From Candidatus Eiseniibacteriota bacterium (GTDB taxonomy: Bacteria > Eisenbacteria > RBG-16-71-46): 64,000 bases of DNA. The notes under the pieces are model-generated. The model ran no database searches. It had not been told where the DNA came from and saw only the letters and a program-made list of their open reading frames with translations. Numbering within the stretch: position 1 is the first letter of the stretch; every line of letters begins with the position of its first letter. This document shows, in pieces, positions 29,351 to 39,977 of this stretch. The translations under genes were made by a program, and so were the position numbers. The DNA lies in NCBI GenBank assembly GCA_963717935.1, contig CAVQXP010000004.1, forward strand, positions 1,376,001 through 1,440,000, written 5' to 3'.

Positions 29351-30364
29351 ATGCCGGAATTGCGCAAGGATCCGGTGGTTGGCCGGTGGGTGATCATCTC
29401 CACCGATCGCAGCCGCCGTCCCACGAACTTCACCCCGGTCCGCGTCGAGAAGACCACGAACTTCTGTCCCTTCTGCCCCGGGCAGGAGGACAAGACCCCA
29501 CCCGAGGTCTACGCCTGCCGCCAGGACGGCGGTGGCCCCAACAGCACGGGCTGGAAGGTCCGGGTCGTCCCGAACAAGTTCCCGGCCCTGCAGATCGAGG
29601 GGGCTCTCGACCGTCGCGGCGAGGGGCTCTACGACAAGATGAACGGGGTGGGCGCTCACGAGGTCGTGATCGAGGGGCCCGCGCACGGTCTGGACCTCGC
29701 GGACCTTCCGTTGGAGCACCTGGTGGAGGTGCTCAAGGCCTACCGCGAGCGCATGATGGACCTGCACCGCGACCGGCGCTTCCGCTACGTCCTCATCTTC
29801 AAGAACCACGGTGCCGGCGCTGGCGCCACGCTCGAGCACACGCACACCCAGCTCATCGCCACGCCCATCATCCCGAAGATCCTGATGGAGGAGCTGGAGG
29901 GGGCGCGACGCTACCATGAACTCAAGGAACGCTGCGTGTTCTGCGACATCATCCAGCAGGACACCGCGGACCACAACGGGCGGCGCGTCGTGGCGATGAA
30001 CGACCGCTTCCTCACCATCGAACCCTTCGCCCCGCGTTTCCCGTTCGAGACCTGGATCCTGCCGCGCCGCCACGACTCGTCGTTCCAGGTCGTGCAGGAC
30101 GACGACGAATTCAAGGACCTCGCGAGGATCCTCAAGGACACGCTGGGGCGGCTCAACCGCGCACTCGACCGGCCACCTTACAACTTCGTGATCCACACCG
30201 CCCCGGTGACCGAGGGTGAGCTGGAGTACTTCCACTGGCATCTCGAGATCATGCCCGTGCTGACGCGGGTGGCGGGCTTCGAGATCGGCTCGGGCTTCTA
30301 CATCAACCCGACCCCGCCCGAGGACGCCGCGCAGTACCTGAGGGAGATCGCGGTCGAAGACTGA
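29351..30364 (+). CDS. galT: Galactose-1-phosphate uridylyltransferase family (HIT superfamily)
   Basis: ELRKDP...WVII, CPFCPG, PNKFPAL, HEVVIE, catalytic HTHTQ, HWHLEI, AGFE. Confidence 0.9.
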   Translation: MPELRKDPVVGRWVIISTDRSRRPTNFTPVRVEKTTNFCPFCPGQEDKTPPEVYACRQDGGGPNSTGWKVRVVPNKFPALQIEGALDRRGEGLYDKMNGVGAHEVVIEGPAHGLDLADLPLEHLVEVLKAYRERMMDLHRDRRFRYVLIFKNHGAGAGATLEHTHTQLIATPIIPKILMEELEGARRYHELKERCVFCDIIQQDTADHNGRRVVAMNDRFLTIEPFAPRFPFETWILPRRHDSSFQVVQDDDEFKDLARILKDTLGRLNRALDRPPYNFVIHTAPVTEGELEYFHWHLEIMPVLTRVAGFEIGSGFYINPTPPEDAAQYLREIAVED

Positions 30365-30407
30365 CCGGCCTTCCGGGACCTCCGTTGCCCCACTCCAGCC
30401 GCAGGAC

Positions 30408-31958
30408 ATGAGCCGCTCCGCTCTGGCGGTGGTGCATCTCGCGAGCGAGATGGCGCCGCTCGTGAAGGTCGGCGGGCTTGGCGACGTGGTCGGTTCGCTT
30501 GCTGCAGAGCAGGCGGGGCGCGGGCACCGCGTCACGGTCTGCGTGCCCGCCTATCGCGCGCTGGCGGTCCCCGAGGGCTGGACGCGCGAGGTGCTGGCCG
30601 GCGCCGACGTGCCGTGGGGGATGGGCCGCGAACGCGCCCGCTTCGAGTTGCTGCACTCCCCGTCCCGCGCCGACGCTCCGGGCTCGTTGCGCGTGCTGTT
30701 GGTCGGACATGCCGGCGAGCGGCGCTTCTTCGAGCGGCCGGGCATCTACACCGAGCCCGCGACCGGGGCCGGCTACCCCGACAACGCCGAGCGCTTCCTG
30801 TTCTTCGCGCGCGCCGCCCTCGAGGGCCTCAAGGCCCTCGGCGAGCCGGTGGACGTGCTGCACGCCCACGATCAACAGGCGGCCTGGGCGCCCTGCTTCG
30901 TGCGCACCCTCGAAAAGCGTGCCCGGATCTTCCGTGGTTCCGCCACCGTCTTCACCATCCACAACCTCGGCTACCAGGGCATCCACGACCCGTGGGTGCT
31001 GGGGCTGGCGGGTTTCCCGGGGCACCTCTTCCACGCCGCGAGTCCGTTCGAGTTCTGGGGACGTGTCAACTACATGAAGGTCGGGCTCGCCTTCGCCGAC
31101 CTGCTCTCGACCGTGAGCCCGCGCTACGCGCAGGAGATCCAGCAGGACGGCGAGTACGGTTTCGGCCTCGAGGGCGTTCTGCAGCGCCGTGGCGCGGACC
31201 TGCGTGGCATCCTCAACGGCATCGACGACGTGGTCTGGGACCCGGCGCGCGACCCGTACCTGACGCGGCCCTACGACCGCGAGCACCTCGAAGGCAAGCG
31301 TGCCAGCCACGGGGCGTTGGCGGCCGAGTGCGACTTCGCGCCGGGCCGGCCCATCGTCGGCATGGTCACGCGACTCGTGGACCAGAAGGGCCTCGACCTG
31401 GTCGAGCAGGCCGCAGCGGAGCTGCTCGAACTCAACGCGAACTATGTCGTGCTGGGCTACGGCCAGTCGCGCTACGAAGAGCTGCTGGAGGGCCTCATGC
31501 TCGAGCATCCCGACCGGGTGCACCACTGTGCCCGGCAGGACGAGCGGCTCGCGCACCTGATCGAGGCCGGCGCCGACCTGTTCCTGATGCCCTCACGCTA
31601 CGAGCCGTGCGGCTTGAACCAGATGTACTCGCTGCGCTACGGCACGGTCCCGGTGGTGCGCGAGACCGGGGGGCTGGCGGACACCGTGGAGGAGTTCGAC
31701 CTGGGCTCCCGGCAGGGCACGGGCTTCCTCTTCGGCCCTTACGAGCCCGAGGCCATGGTGGGCGCGCTCAAGCGCGCGCTCGCCATCCAGAAGCAGCCGG
31801 AGCTGTGGCAGGCCCTGCAGCGTAACGGCATGGCCCGTGATTTCTCCTGGCGCGCCAGCGCCGACGGCTACGACCGGCTCTACGAGGACGCGCTCGAGCG
31901 GGTGCGTGCCGGGACGGTGCCCACGCTCGAATCGGTGAAGGCGACGCTCAAGGTCTGA
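30408..31958 (+). CDS. glgA: Glycogen synthase (GT5)
   Basis: SEMAPLVKVGGLGDV, DNAERF, TIHNLGYQG, RLVDQKG, MPSRYEPCGLNQMY, TGGLADT. Confidence 0.95.
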   Translation: MSRSALAVVHLASEMAPLVKVGGLGDVVGSLAAEQAGRGHRVTVCVPAYRALAVPEGWTREVLAGADVPWGMGRERARFELLHSPSRADAPGSLRVLLVGHAGERRFFERPGIYTEPATGAGYPDNAERFLFFARAALEGLKALGEPVDVLHAHDQQAAWAPCFVRTLEKRARIFRGSATVFTIHNLGYQGIHDPWVLGLAGFPGHLFHAASPFEFWGRVNYMKVGLAFADLLSTVSPRYAQEIQQDGEYGFGLEGVLQRRGADLRGILNGIDDVVWDPARDPYLTRPYDREHLEGKRASHGALAAECDFAPGRPIVGMVTRLVDQKGLDLVEQAAAELLELNANYVVLGYGQSRYEELLEGLMLEHPDRVHHCARQDERLAHLIEAGADLFLMPSRYEPCGLNQMYSLRYGTVPVVRETGGLADTVEEFDLGSRQGTGFLFGPYEPEAMVGALKRALAIQKQPELWQALQRNGMARDFSWRASADGYDRLYEDALERVRAGTVPTLESVKATLKV

Positions 31959-31974
31959 GGAGCGCGGGCGTCAC

Positions 31975-32099
31975 CCGGGGCCGTGGACCGGCCGGAGCCG
32001 GGGCGCGACCCGTGCCGGGGCCTGTATCTGCTCCGCCTCCGCCACGGGGAGCACGCAGCCGTCCGAATGGTGACCGTCGCTCGGCAGAGGATCGGCTAG
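31975..32099 (+). pseudogene. Orphan fragment of a secreted-protein C-terminal sorting-like domain
   Basis: My translation is (AGARPVP)GLYLLRLRHGEHAAVRMVTVAR, resembling the G.Y...L....R/K.... end of T9SS/FlgD-Ig-like CTDs. There is no upstream gene body. Confidence 0.45.
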
Positions 32100-33931
32100 C
32101 CTGACGGCTGATGATCCGGATGTCCCGTCTCGAAACGTCGCCGGGCGTAGGCCACCATGATGTCCCGTCGGGAGAGAAGCCCCAGCACGCGCGGCGCGTC
32201 CCCGGGCTCGACGACCGGGAGTTCCTCCACGCTCAGAGACATGAGTCGTTGCAGCGCCGTGTCGAGATCGTCATCCGGCGACAGCGTCGCCAGCGGACGG
32301 GAAGCCAGATCGTGGGCGATGACCGGCACGGTCTCGTCGTGCTCGTCGAGGAACTGACGGACCTGGGCGAGCGTGATGAGCCCGGTCATCTGTCCCTTCT
32401 TATCGACCACCGGGAAGCAGTGCTGCGAGGAGCGCATGCAGGCCTGGATCACGTCGCGCAGCGAGTCGGTCTGCTGCAGGGAATGGAGCGGCCGGTCGCC
32501 CAGCACGTCCTGCACGTGGATGGCCTGCAGGATCCCGCCGAGGATCGCACCGCGATGTGCCGGTGAATCCAGCCTGGATGGGACCTGGCTGCGATAGAGG
32601 GTCCAGCGCCGGGCGAGCAGGTAGGAGAGGGAGCAGACCCACAGCGCCGGAAGCAGGAGCTGATAGTTCCCCGTCATCTCGGAGACCATGACGAGGGTCG
32701 AGATGGGCGTGCTCGCGGCTGCGGAGAAGAACCCCGCCATCCCCACGGCCACGAAGGCGCCGGGCTGCGTGACGACCTCGGGCATCAGCTGCTGCGCGAC
32801 GAGCCCGGCAGCGCCACCGAGCGCCCCACCGATCACCATGGAAGGCCCGAAGACGCCGCCCGACCCCCCGGAGCCGATCGAGAAGGAGGTGGTGAGGATC
32901 TTTCCACCGGCCAGCACCAGCAGCAGGACGATGGGGAGCTCGCCCCGCAGCGCGTGCTGGATGGAGCCGTACCCGAAGGAAAGCACGTCCAGCGTGCGCG
33001 AGTCTCTCAGAGTGTAGTAGGCCACCAGGGCGAGTCCCCCGGTGAGGAGGCCGCCCAGCGCGGGCTTCAGGGCGCGGGGGATGTCGAGACGCTTGAAGAA
33101 GGCGTGTACGCCATAGAATGCCTTCACGAACACGATCGCACCCAGGGCCACCACGACCGCGAGGCCGGTGTAGGGGATCAGTTCGGCCGCGGAGTGGAAC
33201 GCGAAGTGCGGCGTCTCGAAGAGCGGAGCGAAGCCGAACTTCAACGAGAACACGCAATACGCGATGATCGTCGAGATGGCGGCCGGGATGATGACGTCCG
33301 GCTCGAACTCGGGATCGGAATAGAGGACCTCGGCGGCGAACAACGCGCCCGCCAGAGGCGCGCGGAAGATGCTCCCGACGCCCGCGCCCACGCCGGCCGC
33401 GAGCAGGATCCGCCGGTCCCGCTCGCTGAGCCCGAGTCTCGTGGCGAGGAACGACCCGAAGCCGGCGCCGATCTGAGCGATCGGCCCTTCGCGCCCCCCC
33501 GAGCCCCCCGAGCCGAGGGTGATCGCCGAGGCGATGGTCTTGACGATTGGCACGCGCGCGCGGATGACGCCTCCGCGGCGGTGAAAGGCGTCCACGGCCT
33601 CGTCGGTCCCGTGGCCCGCGGCCTCGGGGGCGAAGCGCTGGACGATGATGCCGGTCAGGAGCCCTCCCAGGGTGGTGACGACGGGCAGCATCCATGGGCG
33701 GAAGGGCGTCGCCGTCACGGAGAAGAGCGCCAGCTCGCCCGCTGGACCACCGAGTCGTGCCCCGGCGAGCCGATCCAGAAAGAGGTGCTGGGCGCCCTGG
33801 CAGAGGACCTGAAAGACGATGGCCCCGCTTCCGGCCACCACTCCCACGAGCGAGCTGAGGGCCACCGCGCGTCCGACCGCGTTCAGTCCCCACCTCTCGG
33901 TGTGTCGAGCGATGTGTCGGAGCGGGCTCAC
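32096..33931 (-). CDS. ClC-family chloride channel/antiporter with a CBS pair
   Basis: PEAAGHGT, GREGP, GVFGP, EMTGNY, and C-terminal CBS motifs (FPVVD, LPVVE). Confidence 0.93.
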   Translation of the reverse strand: MSPLRHIARHTERWGLNAVGRAVALSSLVGVVAGSGAIVFQVLCQGAQHLFLDRLAGARLGGPAGELALFSVTATPFRPWMLPVVTTLGGLLTGIIVQRFAPEAAGHGTDEAVDAFHRRGGVIRARVPIVKTIASAITLGSGGSGGREGPIAQIGAGFGSFLATRLGLSERDRRILLAAGVGAGVGSIFRAPLAGALFAAEVLYSDPEFEPDVIIPAAISTIIAYCVFSLKFGFAPLFETPHFAFHSAAELIPYTGLAVVVALGAIVFVKAFYGVHAFFKRLDIPRALKPALGGLLTGGLALVAYYTLRDSRTLDVLSFGYGSIQHALRGELPIVLLLVLAGGKILTTSFSIGSGGSGGVFGPSMVIGGALGGAAGLVAQQLMPEVVTQPGAFVAVGMAGFFSAAASTPISTLVMVSEMTGNYQLLLPALWVCSLSYLLARRWTLYRSQVPSRLDSPAHRGAILGGILQAIHVQDVLGDRPLHSLQQTDSLRDVIQACMRSSQHCFPVVDKKGQMTGLITLAQVRQFLDEHDETVPVIAHDLASRPLATLSPDDDLDTALQRLMSLSVEELPVVEPGDAPRVLGLLSRRDIMVAYARRRFETGHPDHQPSG

Positions 33932-34080
33932 ACCTGATTTCCTGGATGGGGCGACCGAGGCTGTGCCAGGCCGGGGCCGGTCCTGACGTGCTCAAGGAAT
34001 GGACGATTCTCGCCGTTCAGCACGGGTCTGGGCCCTCACCTGAGCAGGATGCGTCCTCCAATCTTGCGGACCACCGCAGG

Positions 34081-35339
34081 CTATCTGTCGTGGTTCGTGC
34101 CTCCCCGCTCCAACACGTGCGCGAAGATCGCCAGGTAGTCGCGTATCTCGCGAGGATGGAGGAAGTTGTCCCGCACGTGCTCGCGTCCCTCGCGCCCGAG
34201 TCTGCGGCGCAACGTGGGGTCTCGCAGCAGCCGGGTGATCTGGAACGCGCAGCCCTTCGATCGAGCGGACGAGCATGCCCGTCCGCTCGTGGATCACCTG
34301 CAGGGGAATGCCCCCGACGGCGCTCGCCACGACGGCGCGGCGCTTCCACAGCGCCTCCGAGACGGTCAGGGCGAATCCCTCGCGCAGCGACTTCTGCACC
34401 ACCACGGCCGAGCGTCGCTGCAGGGCGTTGATGATCCGGTGCGCGTCGGGTGGCAGCGCCAGGATCGAGATGTCCTTGCGCCCGCCCGCCTTCTCCTGCG
34501 TCTCGGCCAGCACCGCCGCGCCCTCGGGGTCGTCGTCCGCGGTGCCCCCGGCGAGCACGAGGTGCGCCTTCTCACGACGGCGCGCCAGCAGGAACGCCTC
34601 GATGACGCCGATCGGGTCCTTGAGACGGTCGAAGCGCGAGACCTGCGTGACGAGGGGCGTCTCCTGCGGCAGGTCGAACGGTTCGAGGAGGGCCTCGAAC
34701 TCGGACTCGGTGAGCTCACAGTTCTTGTCCGAGAGCGGGTCGATGGAGGGTGGCGCGAGGTAGCCCGGCGTGGGCAAGGGGGGGACGAAGGTCACGTGCG
34801 AGAAGACGGCCGCGTCGTAATGGCCGACGGCGGGGTCACGATGAAGTCGAGCACGTCCCGGTTGGCCCGCGAGAGATCGATGTGACAGCGCCAGACCCAG
34901 TGCTGGCCGGGACGGCGGCGCAACTCGGCGAGCGCGGCCGGCTGGGGGTCGTGCACGAGGACCAGATCGGCGTCCAGCGGCCAGCGTCTCCGCCGCCTGC
35001 CGGTTCATCTCGAGGAAGTAGTCGTAGTCGTCCCGCGTGATCGTGCCCGGCCCGCCGTGCAGCGTGTTGTGGATCGTCTTGGTGATGTCGTAGAAGCGTG
35101 CGTCGCCGGGCATCACCTCCCAGGTCGTGGGGATCGCCCAGCTCGTTCAGCAGCGGCACCAGGCGGTGCAGGATCTCGGCCACGCCGCCGCCGGTGGCAG
35201 TGGCGTTGACCATCGCGATGCGGTGTCCTCGGAGCGCGCGAGCGAGCGATTCCAGTGCACGCATGGCGCCGTCGCCGACCACCGCTCGATAGCCGTCCAC
35301 GAGCGAGGTGCCGTCGGAGCGGACGTCGACCAGGCTCAT
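34081..35339 (-). CDS. treT: TreT-like trehalose synthase (GT4), copy 1, frameshifted in this sequence
   Basis: Spread over several frames: VNATATGGGVAEIL, TKTIHNTLHG, HDPQP, WRCHID, PSIDPLSDKN, QVSRFDRLKDP, DDPEG, QKSLREGFALTVSEALWK. Confidence 0.8.
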
Positions 35340-36099
35340 GACACCTCCTCCGGGCGTGTGACGCGCCGCAGAGCCGCGCCATGGCCCGGCGACCGGCCTC
35401 ACGGCGCGCGTCTTCCGGCGACGCCGCCGCTTCCGTGACCCGCCTGGCCGATGCGGCTCTGCCGCCAGCGCCGGTGGAGCTGTGCCGCGAGCCTTCTCGA
35501 TGGGCAGACCCGAGCTCGCCGCATCCCGCAGCCACTTCGCCAGGCGGCGATCTCCCGTGACCAGGAGCCAGTCCAGCAGGGACGCGCGGCCCCTCCTGGA
35601 GCCACGGCTCCTCGACGAGGTGGAAGAACCACACGCCCGCGTCGGCCTCCAGCAGCGCTTCCACCAGCTCCTGGCCGTCCCGTACGCAGGACGCCGGTCG
35701 AGAAGCTCGACCGAGGTCGCTGACAGGAACAGGAAGCGACTCTCCTCGGGCGCATCGCGGTCCCGGCGGCGGCTTGCAGGCAGCGCGTCGAGCACCTCGA
35801 GCAGCGCGGCGCCGACGGCGCGTCGGCGAGGCGTGCCGGCTCTGCACGGCGAAGGACGATCCGCTCGGCCGTCTCGGCGTCCTGCACGACGCCGCCGATC
35901 CAGGCGCTGAAGTCGTCCGGAGGCAGCTCGCCGGCGCCCGGGATGGCGCAGCTGATACTGGACGGTGTGGTCGGAAGAGCACCTCGTCCGGCGCCGACGC
36001 GATGCCGTCACGCAGCTGGTCCAGGTCGCGGGCCGGGTCTCCCCACGGCTGGATCAGGTGAGTGACCGCCCTGAGCTCGAATGAAGTCGCGTCCAGCAT
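35336..36099 (-). CDS. DUF5752/OrfY-like protein, frameshifted in this sequence
   Basis: Internal duplication ARDLDQLRDGI....EVLF(H)H versus RDGQELVEALL....VWFFH, plus DFSAWI; lies directly upstream of treT. Confidence 0.65.
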
Positions 36100-36807
36100 C
36101 AGTCACTGGCCTCTTCGGCCGCTCCTCGTCGAGCGAGCGCAGGTACTCGACCACGAAGTCCCGGGTGAGCTCGCGGCACCCGAGCCCGAACGCGAGGGCG
36201 AGGCCAAGACCTGCGGCGGCCACGGCGACGATGCCCAGAGCCATGACGAACTGGGCCGCGAAGCCGAGCTGCTCGAGCGCCAGCAGGGCGGCGAAGCCGA
36301 TGAGGATCACGGAGACGACCTGGCCCTGGAGCCTGGCGGCGCGGATGCCGGCGGTCTCGAGAAAGCGCTGCGTGACGCTTCCCAGCAGCATGGCGACCAG
36401 GGAGCCGACCGCGAACAGCACGGCGGAGGTCACGATCCGAGGGACGACCTCGTTGAGGCGGTCACCCACCGAGGCAGCGAGGTTGAACCCGAGCATCTCG
36501 AGGGCGAGCAGGGCCGTGGAGGCGATGACGAGCCAGTAGATCGGCCCAGGCGGCCACTCCCGCGGGCTCGTGGCGGGCCGTCGCGCGCTCGCCGATCAGC
36601 CAGCGGACGCCTTCGTCGAACTGAGGGCGCGCAGGACAGCCGACGCAGGAGACGGTCGACGAGGGTCGCGAGCGCCCAGCCCACGAACATCACGACGACC
36701 GCGATCAGGAGACCGAGCGCCCCTCGCTCGGCACCGCGACCCAACTCGCCCAACCGGGCGAGGACGCCCGACCATGGTTCCACGTGAAGGACAACCAGGG
36801 TCCACAT
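36099..36807 (-). CDS. Small conserved-TM-helix (MscS N-terminal/CmpX-like) membrane protein, frameshifted
   Basis: VVMFVGWALA, VPRIVTSAVLF, ALEQLG, LALAFGLGCRE; AGGAGG RBS. The 3' end is approximate. Confidence 0.7.
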
Positions 36808-36811
36808 AGAA

Positions 36812-38458
36812 TCACCTCCTGCGATTGCGTCCGGGGCCTCAGCCGGACGGCGGTCCGCCCTCGGTGGCAGGACTTGCCGCCGGAGCGTTCCTGGGTGGGA
36901 GTTCTGAGGTTCAGACCGACGATGGTGTCGAGCACGTCGAGCATCCAATCGAAGATGTTGCGGCGCAGGACGGTCTCGCGAAGCGCGCGCCATGCGTTCG
37001 CGTCGCGCGCTCGGGAGCGGCGGAGAGAGCGGCGTGATACGCGTCGGCGAGGCCCTCGCGGTCGTAGGGCGAGAGCGATCCAGGCGCGTTCGAGCTCGCG
37101 GGCCGCACCGGTGAAGGGGGACAAGCACCAGGGCGCCCTCGAGATCGGGCGAGGCGGCGATGTACTCCTTGGCGACGAGATTCATGCCGTCGTGGAGGGA
37201 CGTGACCGTGCACAGGTCCGCCATCCGATAGTAGGGGACCAGCTCGCGGAAGTCGAGATTGGCCTCGATCAGATGCACCGTGGGGCCCGCCGCCCGCGGG
37301 AAGCGGCGGTTGATGTTCTCGGCCCAGCGCCGCACACGTGCCTGCACGTTGCGGTATTCACGCAACTCGATGCGGGAGGGCACGCCGATCTGGATGAAGG
37401 CGAAGCGCCCCTGCCACTCGGGTGCTTCTCGAACAGGCGCTCGAGCGCTTCGAAGCGCTCGGCGATGCCCTTGGTGTAGTCGAGGCGGTCCACGCCGAGG
37501 CCGACCTTGCAGCCCGTCCAGGCCCAGCCGCCCGCGGAGGTCGGCTCTCGGCCCGTCGGGTCTCCGGCGGCCTCCGCGAGCGTGGCGATCTCCTCCGCGT
37601 CCACGCTGATGGCGAACGGCTGAACCCAGGTGCGCCTGCCGGCGCGGTCGACGGCGAATCGCTCGAGGTCCACGCGGGCCTCGAAGCGTCTCCGCGACCG
37701 TGTCCAGGAAGTTCATGCGCATGTCGGCGGATGTGGAACCCCACCACGTCGTTCGCCAGCATCCCCTCGAGGATCTCCTCCTTCCAGGGCAGCACGCGGA
37801 ACACCTCGGGGTTCGGCCACGGGATGTGCCAGAACATCGCCACCTGAAGGTCCGGTCGCCGTTCCTTGATGAAACGGGCCGCCAGCGCCAGGTGGTAGTC
37901 CTGGATGAAGATCAGGGCCGGCTCATCCTCCACCTCCTCGAGCACCGCCGCGGCGAAACGCCGGTTGACCTCGCAGTAGGACTGCCAATCAGCCAGGTGG
38001 AAGCGTGGCCGGACGTACACCACGTGGCACAGCGGCCAGAGGGCGCTGTTGGCGAAACCAGAGTAGTAGCGGGCGTGGTCCTCATGGGTGAGCCACAGAC
38101 GTCGCAGTGTGTAGCGTGGTCGATCCGGCGGACAGGCCACGCGGTCGTGAGCATCGACGACGTCCCGGTCGGCGTCACCGCTGCCGTGGGCCACCCATGC
38201 TGCCGCCGAGCGCCTGCATGACCGCATCGAGTGCCACCGTGAGGCCGCCGGCGTTGCGGATCGTGTGGATGCGGTCGCCGTGGTGGACGTGGGAGTACGG
38301 CTCCCGGTTCGAGACGACGACCAGCTTGCGGTCGGGCAGGTGGGCCCGTGCCCAATCGACGAGCTCGCCCGGGTCGTGCGGGGGGGACCTTCGCTGCGCT
38401 GCTGGCTGCGGATCGCAGCCCGGCTCAGCGCGGATCGGGTACGGGCTCTGATGCTCAT
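36812..38458 (-). CDS. otsA: Trehalose-6-phosphate synthase (GT20), multiply frameshifted in this sequence
   Basis: VVSNREP, AGGL, YYSGFANSALWPLCH, QDYHL, FWHIPWP, GVDRLDYTKG, DGMNLVAKEY, S.FTGAA across frames. The 3' end is approximate. Confidence 0.85.
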
Positions 38459-39312
38459 GCGCGCCTCCGCGGCGGGAATCGATCGGCCCCACCACCGGCG
38501 GCCCCTGCTACACGCAGCCATTCCTCGAGGAAGTCGGCGACCGAAGCGCAGGTTGGAAGGTGCGCAGCGGCGACCGTCCGTCGATCGCTCTCACCGACAC
38601 GCACGCCGAAACCGAATCCCTGGACGGCCTCGAACGCGTCCTCGTCCGTGACATCGTCTCCCAGGAAGACCGCGAGTGTGTCTTCGGGAGACTGCGAGAC
38701 GAGCGAGAGAACGGCCGTGCCCTTGTTCCAGCCGCACACACGCAACTCGATGCCTCCGTCGATTCGCTGGAGACGGACCTTCTCCTCCCCCTCGGCCAGG
38801 GTCTGCCACGCGGTCCACGTCTGGTCCTCCAGCTCGCGTGCGAGTCCCCCCCCCGCGACGCCCCGGGTATGGAGCACAAGCCCCGTACGCTTCCGCTCGA
38901 GGAGTCCTCCCATCCCCCTGTCACGAGCCGTCCGCTCGGCGCGATCCAGGATCTCCACCGATGCCGCTGAGACCGGATGCTGCAGGACCGAACCATCCCT
39001 CTGCCGCATCTCCCATCCATGCTCTCCCACCAGCGTGACGGGGAGTGGCCCCAGCAGTCGTCCCACCTCGCTCAGGGACCGGCCCGACACGACCGCCACG
39101 CTCGTATGGGGCTCCGCGGCGATCGCGCCCACCAACTCAAGAGAGCGTGGCAGCGGGAGTGCCAGTTCACGGGTCACATGGAATGGGGCCAGAGTCCCAT
39201 CGTAGTCCAGCATCAGCAGCCGGTGATGGGCCAGCGAAACCAGCCGCCAGAGTCGTCGCGGGACCCCGGTCAGCAGATGCGGCTGCTGTACGCGCTTTGC
39301 CATGACAGACAT
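38455..39312 (-). CDS. otsB: Trehalose-6-phosphate phosphatase (HAD IIB), copy 1
   Basis: LDYDGTLAP, VSGR, GEHGWE, NKG.AV, GDDVTDEDAF. Confidence 0.92.
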   Translation of the reverse strand: MSVMAKRVQQPHLLTGVPRRLWRLVSLAHHRLLMLDYDGTLAPFHVTRELALPLPRSLELVGAIAAEPHTSVAVVSGRSLSEVGRLLGPLPVTLVGEHGWEMRQRDGSVLQHPVSAASVEILDRAERTARDRGMGGLLERKRTGLVLHTRGVAGGGLARELEDQTWTAWQTLAEGEEKVRLQRIDGGIELRVCGWNKGTAVLSLVSQSPEDTLAVFLGDDVTDEDAFEAVQGFGFGVRVGESDRRTVAAAHLPTCASVADFLEEWLRVAGAAGGGADRFPPRRRA

Positions 39313-39334
39313 CCGCCCGGCGCCGCCGCGCCGC

Positions 39335-39916
39335 CTACTTCAGTCCCGTTGGGACCGGCATCTTCATCTCGGTCATGAGATCGACCGCGCTGGCCTTCAC
39401 TCCGCGGGCCCTGGTGACGGCCTCGGCCAGCTTGCCGTCCTTCATGGCGGTTGTCGCCTCGCCCCACCTGGTCTTCATGTCCGCCAGGGTGGTCTGGGCG
39501 ATGGCGAAGCCCGCCCTGTTCATCCCGGCCGGCGGCCTCGCCATCGCGCCCATCCTCTTGTCGAGCGAGGCCACCGCGCTCGGCAGGGTCGCATTGAGGC
39601 TTTTCCAGGCCGCCTGCAACTCCCCCGCCCTGGCGTACAGACCCTCATCCAACTCCTTCACCTTCGCCGGGAGGTCCCTGGTCGCCTCGAGAGCCGCCTT
39701 GGGATCGCCCTTCTCCACGTCCGCCCTGGCGGTGGCGATCGCGTCCTCGATCATCCTCGCTTGATCGGGCGCGACATTCATCGCCTCGTCCCGGATCTCG
39801 TCGTAGGCGGCCTGCGCCGCCGAAATCGACGCTTCCGCCGCCTTCCTCTGCGTGCCACAAGCGGGGAGGAGCAGCATCACCATCAGCGTCAGCACACTGT
39901 ACGCGAACCGGCTCAT
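39335..39916 (-). CDS. Alpha-helical lipoprotein of unknown function
   Basis: Signal peptide with lipobox LPAC, Ala-rich helical body, GGAG RBS; first gene of the otsB-otsA run. Confidence 0.75.
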   Translation of the reverse strand: MSRFAYSVLTLMVMLLLPACGTQRKAAEASISAAQAAYDEIRDEAMNVAPDQARMIEDAIATARADVEKGDPKAALEATRDLPAKVKELDEGLYARAGELQAAWKSLNATLPSAVASLDKRMGAMARPPAGMNRAGFAIAQTTLADMKTRWGEATTAMKDGKLAEAVTRARGVKASAVDLMTEMKMPVPTGLK

Positions 39917-39977
39917 CTCCAGGCTCCTTTCCACTGCGGATGCACACCTGTGACGTCCGCTCGGGACGACCGGGGTC

